A stretch of 64,000 bases of DNA from Candidatus Nitrosopelagicus sp. (lineage in GTDB: Archaea > Thermoproteota > Nitrososphaeria > Nitrososphaerales > Nitrosopumilaceae), in the NCBI GenBank assembly GCA_028345095.1, contig JAOMCQ010000004.1:12407-76406 (forward strand). The letters are read 5' to 3'. Shown one piece after another: positions 32,498-42,089 of this stretch; the first letter of the stretch is position 1, and each line of letters opens with the position of its first letter. Position numbers and translations under genes: made by a program. Under the pieces are notes generated by a model that saw only the letters and a program-made list of their open reading frames with translations, was not told where the DNA came from and ran no database searches.

Positions 32498-33494
32498 TTA
32501 ATTTTGATATTTCATAAATTTTCTGACGTGAGTCTCTAATGGAAACTTTCTTTTTCACATAACCTTTTTCTAAAAGATGACTCATAGCCAAACGTACAGT
32601 TCTGTCTGGAAGCATTGTTTTTTTCACTAATTCTTTTTGACTCATAGAGCCCTCATATTCGAGGATTTTAAGAAGTAATTTTGAACTTGGTGGCATGTTA
32701 AATAGTTCTTCAGCTAGTTTAACTTTTTTTGCAATAGCCGAAATTGCAGTTGTATCTTTTTTTAATCTAATTATGTTGGCAGAAGGTTCATAGCTTGTAG
32801 CCTCCACCAAATTTTTTACTTTATAACGATCAAGTCCATCCAATACCACTTCACAATGTACTCTTGATGAAATTTCATCAACCTCAATAACACTTGCGTT
32901 AGAAACAACTAGTGGACGTCTAGTTATATCCAAAGAATTTACGGAAATTATACCAAACACCCCAGAGTCTTGAAATATTACAGGACCTCCTGCAGACATT
33001 GAATACGCAGAAGAACCAATTGGAGTTGAAATTATAACACCATCACTGCTGTCATGCCAGACTTCATCACCATTAACTCTCAAAGTATGCTCCATTAACA
33101 TAGCACTTTTAGATGAAAATACTGCAACATCATTAAGAACTGGATAAACATTTTTTCCATCAATTTTTACACCTAATCGAGTTACTTGTTCGGTCTCAAA
33201 ATCCATTTTTTTTATACGAGTAATTAGTGAGGGAAGTTGTTTTAAATCAAGTTGTGAAAGAAAGCCGTCAGATTCAGATTCATTAATACCCAAAACAGGA
33301 ATAGATGAGTCAAATGTTCTATGAAAATAATTTCTAACACCCTTATCGCCACCTAAAACAAAAACACAATCAGGTTTTTTATTCTTAGATTTTGTTCCAA
33401 TTTTTGATGATGAGATATTATTTTCATCCAAAATTTTCTTTAGAAATTTTTCCGATGAATCAGTTAATCCTGTTCCAAATATTCCAACATGCAT
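32472..33494 (-). CDS. NAD kinase-fold protein fused to a C-terminal winged-helix domain
   Basis: LGGDKG, LND, DGVIISTPIGSSAYSMSAGGP; C-terminal SQKEL...RTVRLAMSHL..KGYV. Confidence 0.85.
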   Translation of the reverse strand: MHVGIFGTGLTDSSEKFLKKILDENNISSSKIGTKSKNKKPDCVFVLGGDKGVRNYFHRTFDSSIPVLGINESESDGFLSQLDLKQLPSLITRIKKMDFETEQVTRLGVKIDGKNVYPVLNDVAVFSSKSAMLMEHTLRVNGDEVWHDSSDGVIISTPIGSSAYSMSAGGPVIFQDSGVFGIISVNSLDITRRPLVVSNASVIEVDEISSRVHCEVVLDGLDRYKVKNLVEATSYEPSANIIRLKKDTTAISAIAKKVKLAEELFNMPPSSKLLLKILEYEGSMSQKELVKKTMLPDRTVRLAMSHLLEKGYVKKKVSIRDSRQKIYEISKLINSDLQQK

Positions 33495-33525
33495 AGATAG
33501 ATTATTTCTTCATGGACAATATATG

Positions 33526-34407
33526 TTAGATCTGTTTAAACTCGACAATATTATAAAAATAAGAGCCATTGTTTTCTAACGCACTTTTTTCTGGAACTTT
33601 TTCAAGTCCAAATGCCTTTGATTCCAAGGCTGATTGAGCAGCACCCCCTGCAAAGGACAATGCCCAAAGAAAATCTTTTTCTTTTAACATAGTGCAAACA
33701 AATGTGGAACAAAAAATATCACCAATTCCAGTTGTATCAGTCAAGTTCATTTTTGGTAAGAAAATTGTATATAACTTATCTTTTACAAGCAAAGATATTT
33801 CTTGTTTATTTGTATAAATTACATATTCAATTCCAAGTTTTTGTAATTGTTTAATTCCATCATTACCTGTAAGACCAGTCAATGCGTATAGTTCATCAGG
33901 GTTCATCTTGATAGCATTGATATTGTTAAGATCAAGTGAAGTTCGTTTTAGAGAGATTTCATTGTTGGAATTTTTTTCTCTTAGAAAACCCTGAGGATCT
34001 AAAAGAACAAAATTGTCAGGATTTTTAATTTGTGAATAAGTTTCTAAAGAAATTTCATCAAATACGGGACTAATGATTATTCCATCATTGTCATTTTCTA
34101 TAAAATTAATTTTATCACACATATTTTCTACGAAGAGCTTTCTATCAGAACCATTTAGTTCAATTTTAAATCTAGTAGTAGATTGTGAAGATAATGCATC
34201 AGGAGTATTGATTTTGTTTTCTTTGAAAAATTCTTCTAAAGGATAATTTGGACCGAATTTTGTGTATAGGTTGACATCGTGTTTTTGTTTCCGTGCAGTC
34301 AATGAGCAATAACTGGCAGGACCTCCAGGAGCATCATATTGTTCATTTTCATAAACAATCGTGTCCATCGTACAATGAGAAAATATTCCAACTTTCATAA
34401 TTAGCAA
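33526..34407 (-). CDS. PfkB family carbohydrate kinase
   Basis: PGGP, DPQG, DTTGIGD. Confidence 0.88.
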   Translation of the reverse strand: MLIMKVGIFSHCTMDTIVYENEQYDAPGGPASYCSLTARKQKHDVNLYTKFGPNYPLEEFFKENKINTPDALSSQSTTRFKIELNGSDRKLFVENMCDKINFIENDNDGIIISPVFDEISLETYSQIKNPDNFVLLDPQGFLREKNSNNEISLKRTSLDLNNINAIKMNPDELYALTGLTGNDGIKQLQKLGIEYVIYTNKQEISLLVKDKLYTIFLPKMNLTDTTGIGDIFCSTFVCTMLKEKDFLWALSFAGGAAQSALESKAFGLEKVPEKSALENNGSYFYNIVEFKQI

Positions 34408-34422
34408 AAATTGTGTTTTGTA

Positions 34423-34527
34423 CTACTTATTTGAATCCTTATTTGCACAATTAGAGCAAATCGTTTTTCCTTTAACAAATTTTACTTCAATATTAGAAGC
34501 GAGACATTTTTCACACAGACCGGTCAT
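34423..34527 (-). CDS. 34-aa CxxC-CxxC micro-protein (not in ORF track)
   Basis: MTGLCEKCLASNIEVKFVKGKTICSNCANKDSNK; TTTAAA about 22-27 nt upstream. Confidence 0.65.
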   Translation of the reverse strand: MTGLCEKCLASNIEVKFVKGKTICSNCANKDSNK

Positions 34528-34609
34528 AATTCGTAATTATTCTTGATCTTTAAATTGTTTTTTCAGAGATGATATCTCACTTTATATATCGAGGATTTAA
34601 ATTTCTAAC

Positions 34610-34900
34610 ATGCCATCAAAACGTGCAAGTAGAGGTAGACGAAAAGGAGGAAAAGGTTCTTCAGGTACAATTCAATGTGTAAACTGTGCCGGAACGGTTC
34701 CAAAAGATAAAGCAAAAAAAGTCACCTCACGTTTAAGCTTGGTAGAACATCAATTAGCTAAAGAATTACGTGCACAAGGCGCATACATCGCCGCACCAAA
34801 AGTTACAAAATGGTATTGTATTTCATGTGCAATACATTTCAAAGTTCTAAAAATTCGTTCAGCAGATCAGAGACGTAAACATACAAAACTTCGTGGATAA
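34610..34900 (+). CDS. rps26e: 30S ribosomal protein S26e
   Basis: KRASRGR, C..C...VPKDKA, YCISCAIH. Confidence 0.96.
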   Translation: MPSKRASRGRRKGGKGSSGTIQCVNCAGTVPKDKAKKVTSRLSLVEHQLAKELRAQGAYIAAPKVTKWYCISCAIHFKVLKIRSADQRRKHTKLRG

Positions 34901-34901
34901 A

Positions 34902-35468
34902 CTATCTATTTTTCATTAAAACCGATATTCTTTGGGCTAAAGTTATTCCTGCAATAATTATCACGATTATTACTGCAATCTCCATAAAACCAATCATTCC
35001 TATTATAGCAATGACAAGTAATCTTTCTGCTCGTTCGCCAATTCCAATTCCTTGCATCTTAATTCCTGCAGAATCTGCTTTTGCACGTGCGTAACTAACC
35101 AATAAGGAAAGAGTAATAGCGGCAAATACCAGATATGGTTCAGTATAATTCCCAATTAAGATTCCAAAAAAGATTGCAACTTCTGCAATTTTATCAAATA
35201 TTGAATCCAAAAATCCTCCAGATTTTGACATTTTATTTGCATAACGAGCAACCTGACCGTCAACAATGTCAAAGAAACCAGAGGCTAATAATGCAATACC
35301 ACCCAAAAGTAATGAATATTCAAAGCCAATTCCATAAATTATTGATGCAACAAATGCTAATGCAAGACCTATACCAGTAAATACATTTGGAGATAATCCA
35401 GTAGATGCAAAAGATTTTCCAATTTTTTGTAATACAGGTTTTAAAGAATCACGTAAATTATTTAACAA
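34902..35468 (-). CDS. CDP-alcohol phosphatidyltransferase (archaetidylinositol phosphate synthase-like)
   Basis: DIVDGQVAR......GGFLDSIFD. Confidence 0.92.
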   Translation of the reverse strand: MLNNLRDSLKPVLQKIGKSFASTGLSPNVFTGIGLALAFVASIIYGIGFEYSLLLGGIALLASGFFDIVDGQVARYANKMSKSGGFLDSIFDKIAEVAIFFGILIGNYTEPYLVFAAITLSLLVSYARAKADSAGIKMQGIGIGERAERLLVIAIIGMIGFMEIAVIIVIIIAGITLAQRISVLMKNR

Positions 35469-35477
35469 TACATTTCC

Positions 35478-36344
35478 TCATTTTTGATTCATTGCGATAA
35501 TTATTGAAATCATTCTAGCAGCTAAAGATGCAGTAGCACCATTATCAAACATAGGATTTAATTCAACAATATCTGCAGCTTTAATTTTTTTATTTTTTAG
35601 AGAAATCATCATGTCATACAATTCACGGGAAGTAATTCCAATTGCTTCAGGATTTCCAACACCTGGAGCAAAAGCAGGATCTAATACATCAAGGTCAATA
35701 CTAACATAGAGATTTTCAAACTTTTCAGTTAATTTTTCTAATAATTTTGGGCCATTACCATCTCTAATTTCAGAATCAGATATAGTTTGAATGTTATTTT
35801 CAGTAAGAAACTCTAATTCATCTTTTACAAATGCACGAGCCCCAACATGAATAATGTTTTCAGGACCTCTTTCTTCTACAATTCGTCTCAGATATGCTGC
35901 ATGACTTAGTTTAGTGCCAGCATATTCATCTCGTAAATCATAATGTGCATCAAATACAATATATCCAGTATCTTTAGGATAGCTCAGATAACTACCATAA
36001 GTTAGTGAGTGCTCTCCTCCAAGAATAATTAATTGATTTGATTTATCCTTTAATTCGTTAGTAGTTTTTCTAACCATGTCAATCATATTTTGAGCAACAA
36101 CAGTATGTTCTAAATTTCCTAAATCTTGAATGTTAACTTGTTCTAGATCAATACCAAATTCTGGCATAAAGATTTCAATATTGTTAAACGCATCACGAAT
36201 TACATCAGGACCAAAACGACATCCAGGTTTGTATGAATGAGTTGAATCAAATGGAATTCCAAATAAGGTGGCTACAGGTTCAGAATCATCTGCAGGAGAT
36301 ATGATTTTTGGCGAACTAGTCAAATACAAATCAGTGTAACTCAT
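35478..36344 (-). CDS. speB: Agmatinase
   Basis: GGEHS, DAHYD, SIDLDVLDP. Confidence 0.93.
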   Translation of the reverse strand: MSYTDLYLTSSPKIISPADDSEPVATLFGIPFDSTHSYKPGCRFGPDVIRDAFNNIEIFMPEFGIDLEQVNIQDLGNLEHTVVAQNMIDMVRKTTNELKDKSNQLIILGGEHSLTYGSYLSYPKDTGYIVFDAHYDLRDEYAGTKLSHAAYLRRIVEERGPENIIHVGARAFVKDELEFLTENNIQTISDSEIRDGNGPKLLEKLTEKFENLYVSIDLDVLDPAFAPGVGNPEAIGITSRELYDMMISLKNKKIKAADIVELNPMFDNGATASLAARMISIIIAMNQK

Positions 36345-36385
36345 TATACAGATTTCAATTCACTTTAAAATAAAGTAATGCCCAA

Positions 36386-36472
36386 TCAATCGGCTTGACA
36401 TGGAGGCTCTTCGCAGAAACAATATTTGTGAGACTCCCCACAATCAGTACAGATTAGTAATTTTCCATGCAT
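36386..36472 (-). CDS. 28-aa Cys-rich micro-protein (not in ORF track)
   Basis: MHGKLLICTDCGESHKYCFCEEPPCQAD; TTATATA about 22-28 nt upstream. Confidence 0.55.
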   Translation of the reverse strand: MHGKLLICTDCGESHKYCFCEEPPCQAD

Positions 36473-36528
36473 GTAGTATAGTTACAAGATTTCTATATAA
36501 CCACAAAGAAGAAATGATAAGTTATTCA

Positions 36529-38379
36529 TTAAACCTGAATGACAGGTCTTTTTGATAGAAGTGGAGGAAGATTCAACGTAGAATGTGGCTTACCTTCATT
36601 TAAGGTAGCAATTTCGTCTACAAAATTATCAAATGATATTTCTTTGACATCACTTTGAGTTCTGTCTCTAACACTCAAATTTGTAGAACCTACCTCTTTT
36701 TCTCCAATAACAAGTACATAACGAATCCATTCTTTTTCAGATTCACGAATTCTTTTTCCAATCGATTCATTTCTATCGTCAATATCTACACGAATATTTT
36801 GTGCAGTTAATTGATCTGAAAGTTTTTGAGAAAATTCCAAGAATTCATCTTTTAGTGGTATAATACGAACTTGAGTTGGAGCAAGCCATAAAGGAAACAT
36901 TGGTTTCCTTCCTTCCTTAGCATCTTTTGCACATTTTTCAAGTAATGCATACATAACACGTTCAATTGCTCCGCTAGGAGAATTATGTAAAATAACTGGA
37001 TTTAGTGTAGTATTATTTTCATCGACAAATTCAATTCCATATCTTTCGCCATTTTCAACATCAATTTGATCAGTTGATAGTGCAGATGCCTTTCGAAGAT
37101 TATCTATATAATTAAATTCCCATTTTAAGACAAAATAGAAAAATCGTTCCTTCCACATTTCGACCAATACAGGTTTATCCAATTTTTTTACCATGTCTAA
37201 AATTAATTCTTTATTTTCATTGTAAAAATCTTCAGTGAAACGTATAGCCATTTCATAATCATCATGTTCAATGCCAACATTTGATAAAACATCACGAGAT
37301 AGATCAAAACGTTTTCGAAATTCATCAATTGCCTGTGGAATATCCTTACAAAATGCATGACAATCAGGCATTGTGAATGCACGTAGTCTTCTAAGACCAA
37401 CTAATTCACCAGATTGTTCACGTCTAAAGCTATAACGAGTTAACTCATACAAACGATATGGTAGGTTTTTGTATGACATTTGAAAATCGTGTGCCATAAG
37501 AAATTGTCCAAAACAAGCTGCAAATCTTAAAAATAATTTCTTTCCATCAGCATCAATATTGTATTGTCTTGCAGGAAAGCGGTTAAAATAACTCTCCATA
37601 CTAGGATGATGAGAATCATACATTATTGGAGTCTCTACCTCATATCCACCATAATCTTTAACTTTATTTGTCACATATTGTTCCAATAGCCCTTTTATCA
37701 ATCGACCATTTGGAAAATAGCGCATATTTCCATGATCAGACGCAGGTTCATAATCAGCGATAGCCAATTTTTTCATTAATGCCACATGTGGAGGAGGTTC
37801 ATCAACATTTCTTTTTTTATCAGATTCATACTTTGCCAATATTTCTAATTTTTTATGTTTTGTAAAATTGAATTTATCAAATTCAACCATTTGTCCATCA
37901 GGTGATAAAATATACCAATATGATTTTATTTTTGATTCTGATTCTAATGCGTCTGAAGTATGTTCCTTTTTCTCTCCCGCAGTTATTACTTTAGAGCTTT
38001 CTGCTAAGGGATGACCTTTTACTTTAACATTATATGATTTTGTCCAACCAAAAGGCGCACGGCTAACTTCTAATTCTGAGCATTCATTTTCCATTAATTT
38101 TAGTAAAGACAATGCAGTAGATGGTGCAGATAAATCTGAACTCAGATGAGCATATGGATAAAGTAAAAGTTTTGAGCAGCCAATTTTTTTCATTGATTCT
38201 TTAATCTGAGAAATGGCATCTTTTGCCACAGCTTCTGTATCATCCTTTTCTACTGCGGTAAAGCATACTACCACTTCATCAAGTGATACAGGATTTGGAA
38301 CTATATCTTCAGCAGATTTTATCTCTTTTTTTGTTGGCTCATATGAAATATTGTCACAGTGTAATTGTAAGATTCTCAT
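36529..38379 (-). CDS. thrS: Threonyl-tRNA synthetase (archaeal type with N-terminal editing domain)
   Basis: MRILQLH, YPYAHLS, LRFAACFG, HNSPSGAIER. Confidence 0.97.
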   Translation of the reverse strand: MRILQLHCDNISYEPTKKEIKSAEDIVPNPVSLDEVVVCFTAVEKDDTEAVAKDAISQIKESMKKIGCSKLLLYPYAHLSSDLSAPSTALSLLKLMENECSELEVSRAPFGWTKSYNVKVKGHPLAESSKVITAGEKKEHTSDALESESKIKSYWYILSPDGQMVEFDKFNFTKHKKLEILAKYESDKKRNVDEPPPHVALMKKLAIADYEPASDHGNMRYFPNGRLIKGLLEQYVTNKVKDYGGYEVETPIMYDSHHPSMESYFNRFPARQYNIDADGKKLFLRFAACFGQFLMAHDFQMSYKNLPYRLYELTRYSFRREQSGELVGLRRLRAFTMPDCHAFCKDIPQAIDEFRKRFDLSRDVLSNVGIEHDDYEMAIRFTEDFYNENKELILDMVKKLDKPVLVEMWKERFFYFVLKWEFNYIDNLRKASALSTDQIDVENGERYGIEFVDENNTTLNPVILHNSPSGAIERVMYALLEKCAKDAKEGRKPMFPLWLAPTQVRIIPLKDEFLEFSQKLSDQLTAQNIRVDIDDRNESIGKRIRESEKEWIRYVLVIGEKEVGSTNLSVRDRTQSDVKEISFDNFVDEIATLNEGKPHSTLNLPPLLSKRPVIQV

Positions 38380-38486
38380 TAATTCATGCCACTTTAATTT
38401 TGATTAAAGTGTTCTGATGAGATTGAACGGTCTGGGGATATCATTACTGCCATACCACTTATAATTTTCTAATTCTAGCAAAATAT

Positions 38487-38615
38487 ATGAATAAAGAAAA
38501 GAAAGATAAAATTCACAAACACTTTGTGAATGATGATCCTACAGAATTTAGTCATACAGAAACAAAAGAATTGGCTAAAGAAGCAATAAAGAAATTCAAA
38601 GCATTGAATAGCTAA
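38487..38615 (+). CDS. 42-aa hypothetical micro-protein (not in ORF track)
   Basis: MNKEKKDKIHKHFVNDDPTEFSHTETKELAKEAIKKFKALNS; TTTATAA about 25 nt upstream. Confidence 0.55.
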   Translation: MNKEKKDKIHKHFVNDDPTEFSHTETKELAKEAIKKFKALNS

Positions 38616-38860
38616 CTAAACCCTGCACCAAATTCATCTCCTTTAGTTAAAGGATCAATATCTTTAGCATTTTTCATTGCAATATACAAAAATGCTTCAT
38701 TCACTACTTCTTCAGTATTCGATATATCTACACCAATACTAATTGCAAATTTTTGTAAATATTCAATTTTATCTGATGGTGTTTCATCGATAGGAATATT
38801 TTCTTCAGAGATTATCAATGCAATTTTTTCAATACACTGATTTCTAAAAATGTCGTCCAA
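38612..38860 (-). CDS. Hypothetical protein
   Basis: 82-aa ORF. Confidence 0.7.
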   Translation of the reverse strand: MDDIFRNQCIEKIALIISEENIPIDETPSDKIEYLQKFAISIGVDISNTEEVVNEAFLYIAMKNAKDIDPLTKGDEFGAGFS

Positions 38861-38893
38861 CGTTTAGAGGTAAAATCACTGTGTATTAAACAA

Positions 38894-39046
38894 TCAAGAT
38901 TCATTTTCATCATGTCCTAAAACATGTTTTTCGCAATAATATAGATCATTCATGTTACAATAATAAGAACAACTATCATTACATAATGCACATTTGGGCT
39001 TATTATCATCTTCTGATAACTTGTAGTGATAGTTTTTACTTTTCAA
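38894..39046 (-). CDS. ~50-aa B-box/AN1-like Zn-finger micro-protein (start uncertain)
   Basis: ...KPKCALCNDSCSYYCNMNDLYYCEKHVLGHDENES. Confidence 0.6.
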   Translation of the reverse strand: MKSKNYHYKLSEDDNKPKCALCNDSCSYYCNMNDLYYCEKHVLGHDENES

Positions 39047-39383
39047 TTGTTTCAAGTTTATTTTTAAGTGATATTAAGCTCCGAAGTATCAAGCCAGAGA
39101 GTCCTAAATTTTGTATCAACATGTTTGCAGATTCATTTAATGCATCATTTCCTCGATATCCTTCATCGTAAAGAATTTCAATTTGGCCATGATCTGTATC
39201 AATCAATGCCGTAATAATTGAATAATCACCCAAAGTTTTATCAGTTTTAATTATATACTGTAATAATTCAATTTGTCTAATCTCCATACCGTCCTGTGTA
39301 ATTTTTCCATCAGTGAAAATTATACTACGATTATTTGGTTCACATTCAATTCGTTGCGAATCTGGTATGTCTACAAATTTCAT
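39036..39383 (-). CDS. Hypothetical protein
   Basis: 115-aa ORF. Confidence 0.75.
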   Translation of the reverse strand: MKFVDIPDSQRIECEPNNRSIIFTDGKITQDGMEIRQIELLQYIIKTDKTLGDYSIITALIDTDHGQIEILYDEGYRGNDALNESANMLIQNLGLSGLILRSLISLKNKLETIEK

Positions 39384-39458
39384 AATCGAGAATAGATTCT
39401 CATCATATTAAAAGAAATGAAAACTTTATTACACATTTGATGATGAAACTCTTTTGTT

Positions 39459-39860
39459 ATGGATTATGGTAAACTTTGCAATGCACTATTAGAGTCAAAT
39501 GAAAAGATTCGTTACGTAGGAGTGTATAATTCATTCAGTGGTGACGTCTATGAAAAAATGCAAAATGGGACCGTGCGTCACTTTGATAAAGATCAGACAA
39601 AAAAGTCTATGACTCAAGCAATTATGAGATGGAAGACACGAAAACAATTTTCGTCAGAAATCGGAGACCCTGAATTTGCCATGACTAGATATGAGAAAGT
39701 AAATAGGATAACAATGGCATGTGGAAAAGATGGACTGTTAATGTTTAGTACCGAGATTGACGTACACCTATGTGATATAATCGATGATGTAACAAAAATG
39801 GTTAAACAACACGTGGAAGAATCAGATAGCGATGACGGTTCACGTAATATTAGATCCTAA
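39459..39860 (+). CDS. Roadblock/profilin-like thaumarchaeal protein (DUF6659-like)
   Basis: C..LL.....IRYVGV, IGDPEFAMTRYEKV. Confidence 0.8.
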   Translation: MDYGKLCNALLESNEKIRYVGVYNSFSGDVYEKMQNGTVRHFDKDQTKKSMTQAIMRWKTRKQFSSEIGDPEFAMTRYEKVNRITMACGKDGLLMFSTEIDVHLCDIIDDVTKMVKQHVEESDSDDGSRNIRS

Positions 39861-39892
39861 AAGCTTATTTTACTTACATTGCAAATTTTTGT

Positions 39893-40999
39893 GTGAATCA
39901 CCATCATTTTGAAGGAAAAGACATACCACACATCAAATTAAACAATAAAACAACAATTAAAGAGCTAGTCGAGATTTATGCAAATTCAGGATTTAATGCG
40001 AGACAGTTAGGAGAAGCTGCAAAATTATATCAAAAGATGATTCATGAAAATGCAACAATTTGTTTAACTGTTGCAGGTGCAATGACTCCAGTAGGATTTG
40101 GAGGAATTATCAAAACACTTCTAGAAAAAGGATTTGTAGATTGGATCGTTACGACAGGAGCAAATGTATATCATGAAGACCATTTTGCATGGGGTTTGCC
40201 TGTTAAACAAGGTCATTTTGAGGTTGACGATAATATTCTATATGAAAAAGAGATTGTAAGGATTAGAGATGTCTATGTAAAATTTTACGAAACACTAGAG
40301 TTACAAGACAATATTATTCAAAATATGTTCAAGGACAAATTATCACAAGAACCATTCACTACTGCTGAATTTTGTAATATATTAGGAAAAATCAGTAAAG
40401 AGAAATCTAAATTTCCTGAAAAAAGTTTTTTGACAACTGCATATGATTTAGATGTTCCAGTTTATGTATCAACCCTCAAAGATTCATCTCTTGCTTTGAA
40501 TTTAGCAGTGCATAGATTAAAAAATAAACCATTCAATTTAGATTTTGTAAGAGAAATTATTGAACAAGCTTCAATAGTTTACAACTCACAAAAATCAGGT
40601 ATTTTAGAATTGGGCGGAGGAGTTCCAAAGAACACAGCTCAACAAACAGGACCTCTATTAGATCAAATTCTAAGAAAAGATCATGGAGGACAAGATTACA
40701 TTATTCAAATTACAGATGCACGCCCAGATACAGGAGGACTTTCAGGTGCAACATTACAAGAAGGAAAGAGTTGGGGAAAAGTTCAAAATTCCCATGAAGA
40801 TTTGATTACAGTGTATACAGATGCAACAATTGCATTTCCAATTTTAGCGCTTTACGTATTATCAAATGAAGAACCACGTAAACCAAAAAGAATTTATAAA
40901 AATTTAGGCAAATATTACGAAACACTTCAAGAATCAGCTATAAAAGTTCCAGACAAATTCGCCGAAATTCTAAAAAAATCAGATATCAATATTGACTAA
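39893..40999 (+). CDS. Deoxyhypusine synthase-like protein (possibly homospermidine synthase)
   Basis: AGAMTP, TTGAN..ED, GGGVPKN, GGLSGAT..EGKSWGK. Confidence 0.9.
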   Translation: MNHHHFEGKDIPHIKLNNKTTIKELVEIYANSGFNARQLGEAAKLYQKMIHENATICLTVAGAMTPVGFGGIIKTLLEKGFVDWIVTTGANVYHEDHFAWGLPVKQGHFEVDDNILYEKEIVRIRDVYVKFYETLELQDNIIQNMFKDKLSQEPFTTAEFCNILGKISKEKSKFPEKSFLTTAYDLDVPVYVSTLKDSSLALNLAVHRLKNKPFNLDFVREIIEQASIVYNSQKSGILELGGGVPKNTAQQTGPLLDQILRKDHGGQDYIIQITDARPDTGGLSGATLQEGKSWGKVQNSHEDLITVYTDATIAFPILALYVLSNEEPRKPKRIYKNLGKYYETLQESAIKVPDKFAEILKKSDINID

Positions 41000-41076
41000 G
41001 ATTTTTTATTAGCTTTTCTTCGGGCGGCTTTTTGATCTGCAAATCGTGCATGTTTTCCATCTTTTCGTTTACCCAT
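40996..41076 (-). CDS. 26-aa highly basic micro-protein (not in ORF track)
   Basis: MGKRKDGKHARFADQKAARRKANKKS. Confidence 0.5.
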   Translation of the reverse strand: MGKRKDGKHARFADQKAARRKANKKS

Positions 41077-41142
41077 GTTTAATGAACAAAATATTTTCCA
41101 ATGTAAATGATTCGGTATCTAAAAAATTAAAAGGCGTTATTT

Positions 41143-41490
41143 TTGAGATCATATATGGGAAAATTATTTCCAATCATAATTATCATAGTTGCAGTTGTTG
41201 GGTTTTCATCATCTGCATATTTTTTTAGTGAATCAAATATTTCCATAGATAATCCAATTTCAATTGAAACTCAAAATAATAATTCAGTATTGGATGAGAT
41301 TGAAACATGTATTGAACAGAATTTAGCAGGTGGAAGTTCTATTGCATTGAATTCATTTAACACAAATATGTTATTAACACTAAAGGAAGCTGCTAATGAA
41401 GCTCAAACTGATGAAGAACTAAATGAAATTAGTGAAAGACTTCACAGGTTAACAGATTGTAAACCCAACAATCAAGGATTCATTCCATAA
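41143..41490 (+). CDS. Membrane-anchored/secreted hypothetical protein
   Basis: N-terminal hydrophobic helix, two Cys. Confidence 0.75.
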   Translation: MRSYMGKLFPIIIIIVAVVGFSSSAYFFSESNISIDNPISIETQNNNSVLDEIETCIEQNLAGGSSIALNSFNTNMLLTLKEAANEAQTDEELNEISERLHRLTDCKPNNQGFIP

Positions 41491-41491
41491 A

Positions 41492-41704
41492 TTAATCACG
41501 ATCATATCGAGCCCGTTCTAAAGAACGGTCATCTTTTGTTGCTTTTTTCCATTCTTTATAATGTTCTTTGCATAAGCCTGATTTTTTACCAGTTGAATCA
41601 AGACGTAATCCTGCATCCTCAACTTTTTTAGTGTTAAGAGAACGAACCGCATCAGTATCACAGCCATCCACATTACATTTTGTACCTTTTGAAACAATGC
41701 CCAT
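41492..41704 (-). CDS. Small conserved Zn-binding protein
   Basis: CNVDGC...LCKEHYKEWKK. Confidence 0.82.
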   Translation of the reverse strand: MGIVSKGTKCNVDGCDTDAVRSLNTKKVEDAGLRLDSTGKKSGLCKEHYKEWKKATKDDRSLERARYDRD

Positions 41705-41789
41705 TGTTTCAATAATAATTCAACCGTTAATAAAGTTGAAAAAAGAAATTTTTTGTTCGTTTATAAATAGGAGTTAAGGGTCAACAATA

Positions 41790-42089
41790 ATGGGTAGTAA
41801 GAACAAGTCTGTCTCATCAAGTGAAAAATCACAAGGAGGCAAGGACAAGGCAAAAAAAGATAAGAAAGAACACAGTGAAAAAAAAGAGGTTGCCGTTTTC
41901 ATTAATGAAGATGAAGCAGGTAAAATAATTAAATCATCAAAAGCAATTACAATCCAGGATCTAGCAAGACAAACAAATGTAAAAATTTCAACTGCAAATG
42001 CATTTCTTAAAAAAGCAGTAACAGAGGGAACTGTTAAAAAAGTTGGTGGCTTTAGTGGTCATTATATTTATCAACCAATATCACAATAA
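41790..42089 (+). CDS. rps25e: 30S ribosomal protein S25e
   Basis: Lys-rich N-terminus plus winged helix ending HYIY. Confidence 0.8.
   Translation: MGSKNKSVSSSEKSQGGKDKAKKDKKEHSEKKEVAVFINEDEAGKIIKSSKAITIQDLARQTNVKISTANAFLKKAVTEGTVKKVGGFSGHYIYQPISQ

Noticed and set aside
38411-38458. C/D box sRNA
   Set aside because: A TGATGA box C-like motif is present but there is no properly placed terminal CTGA box D
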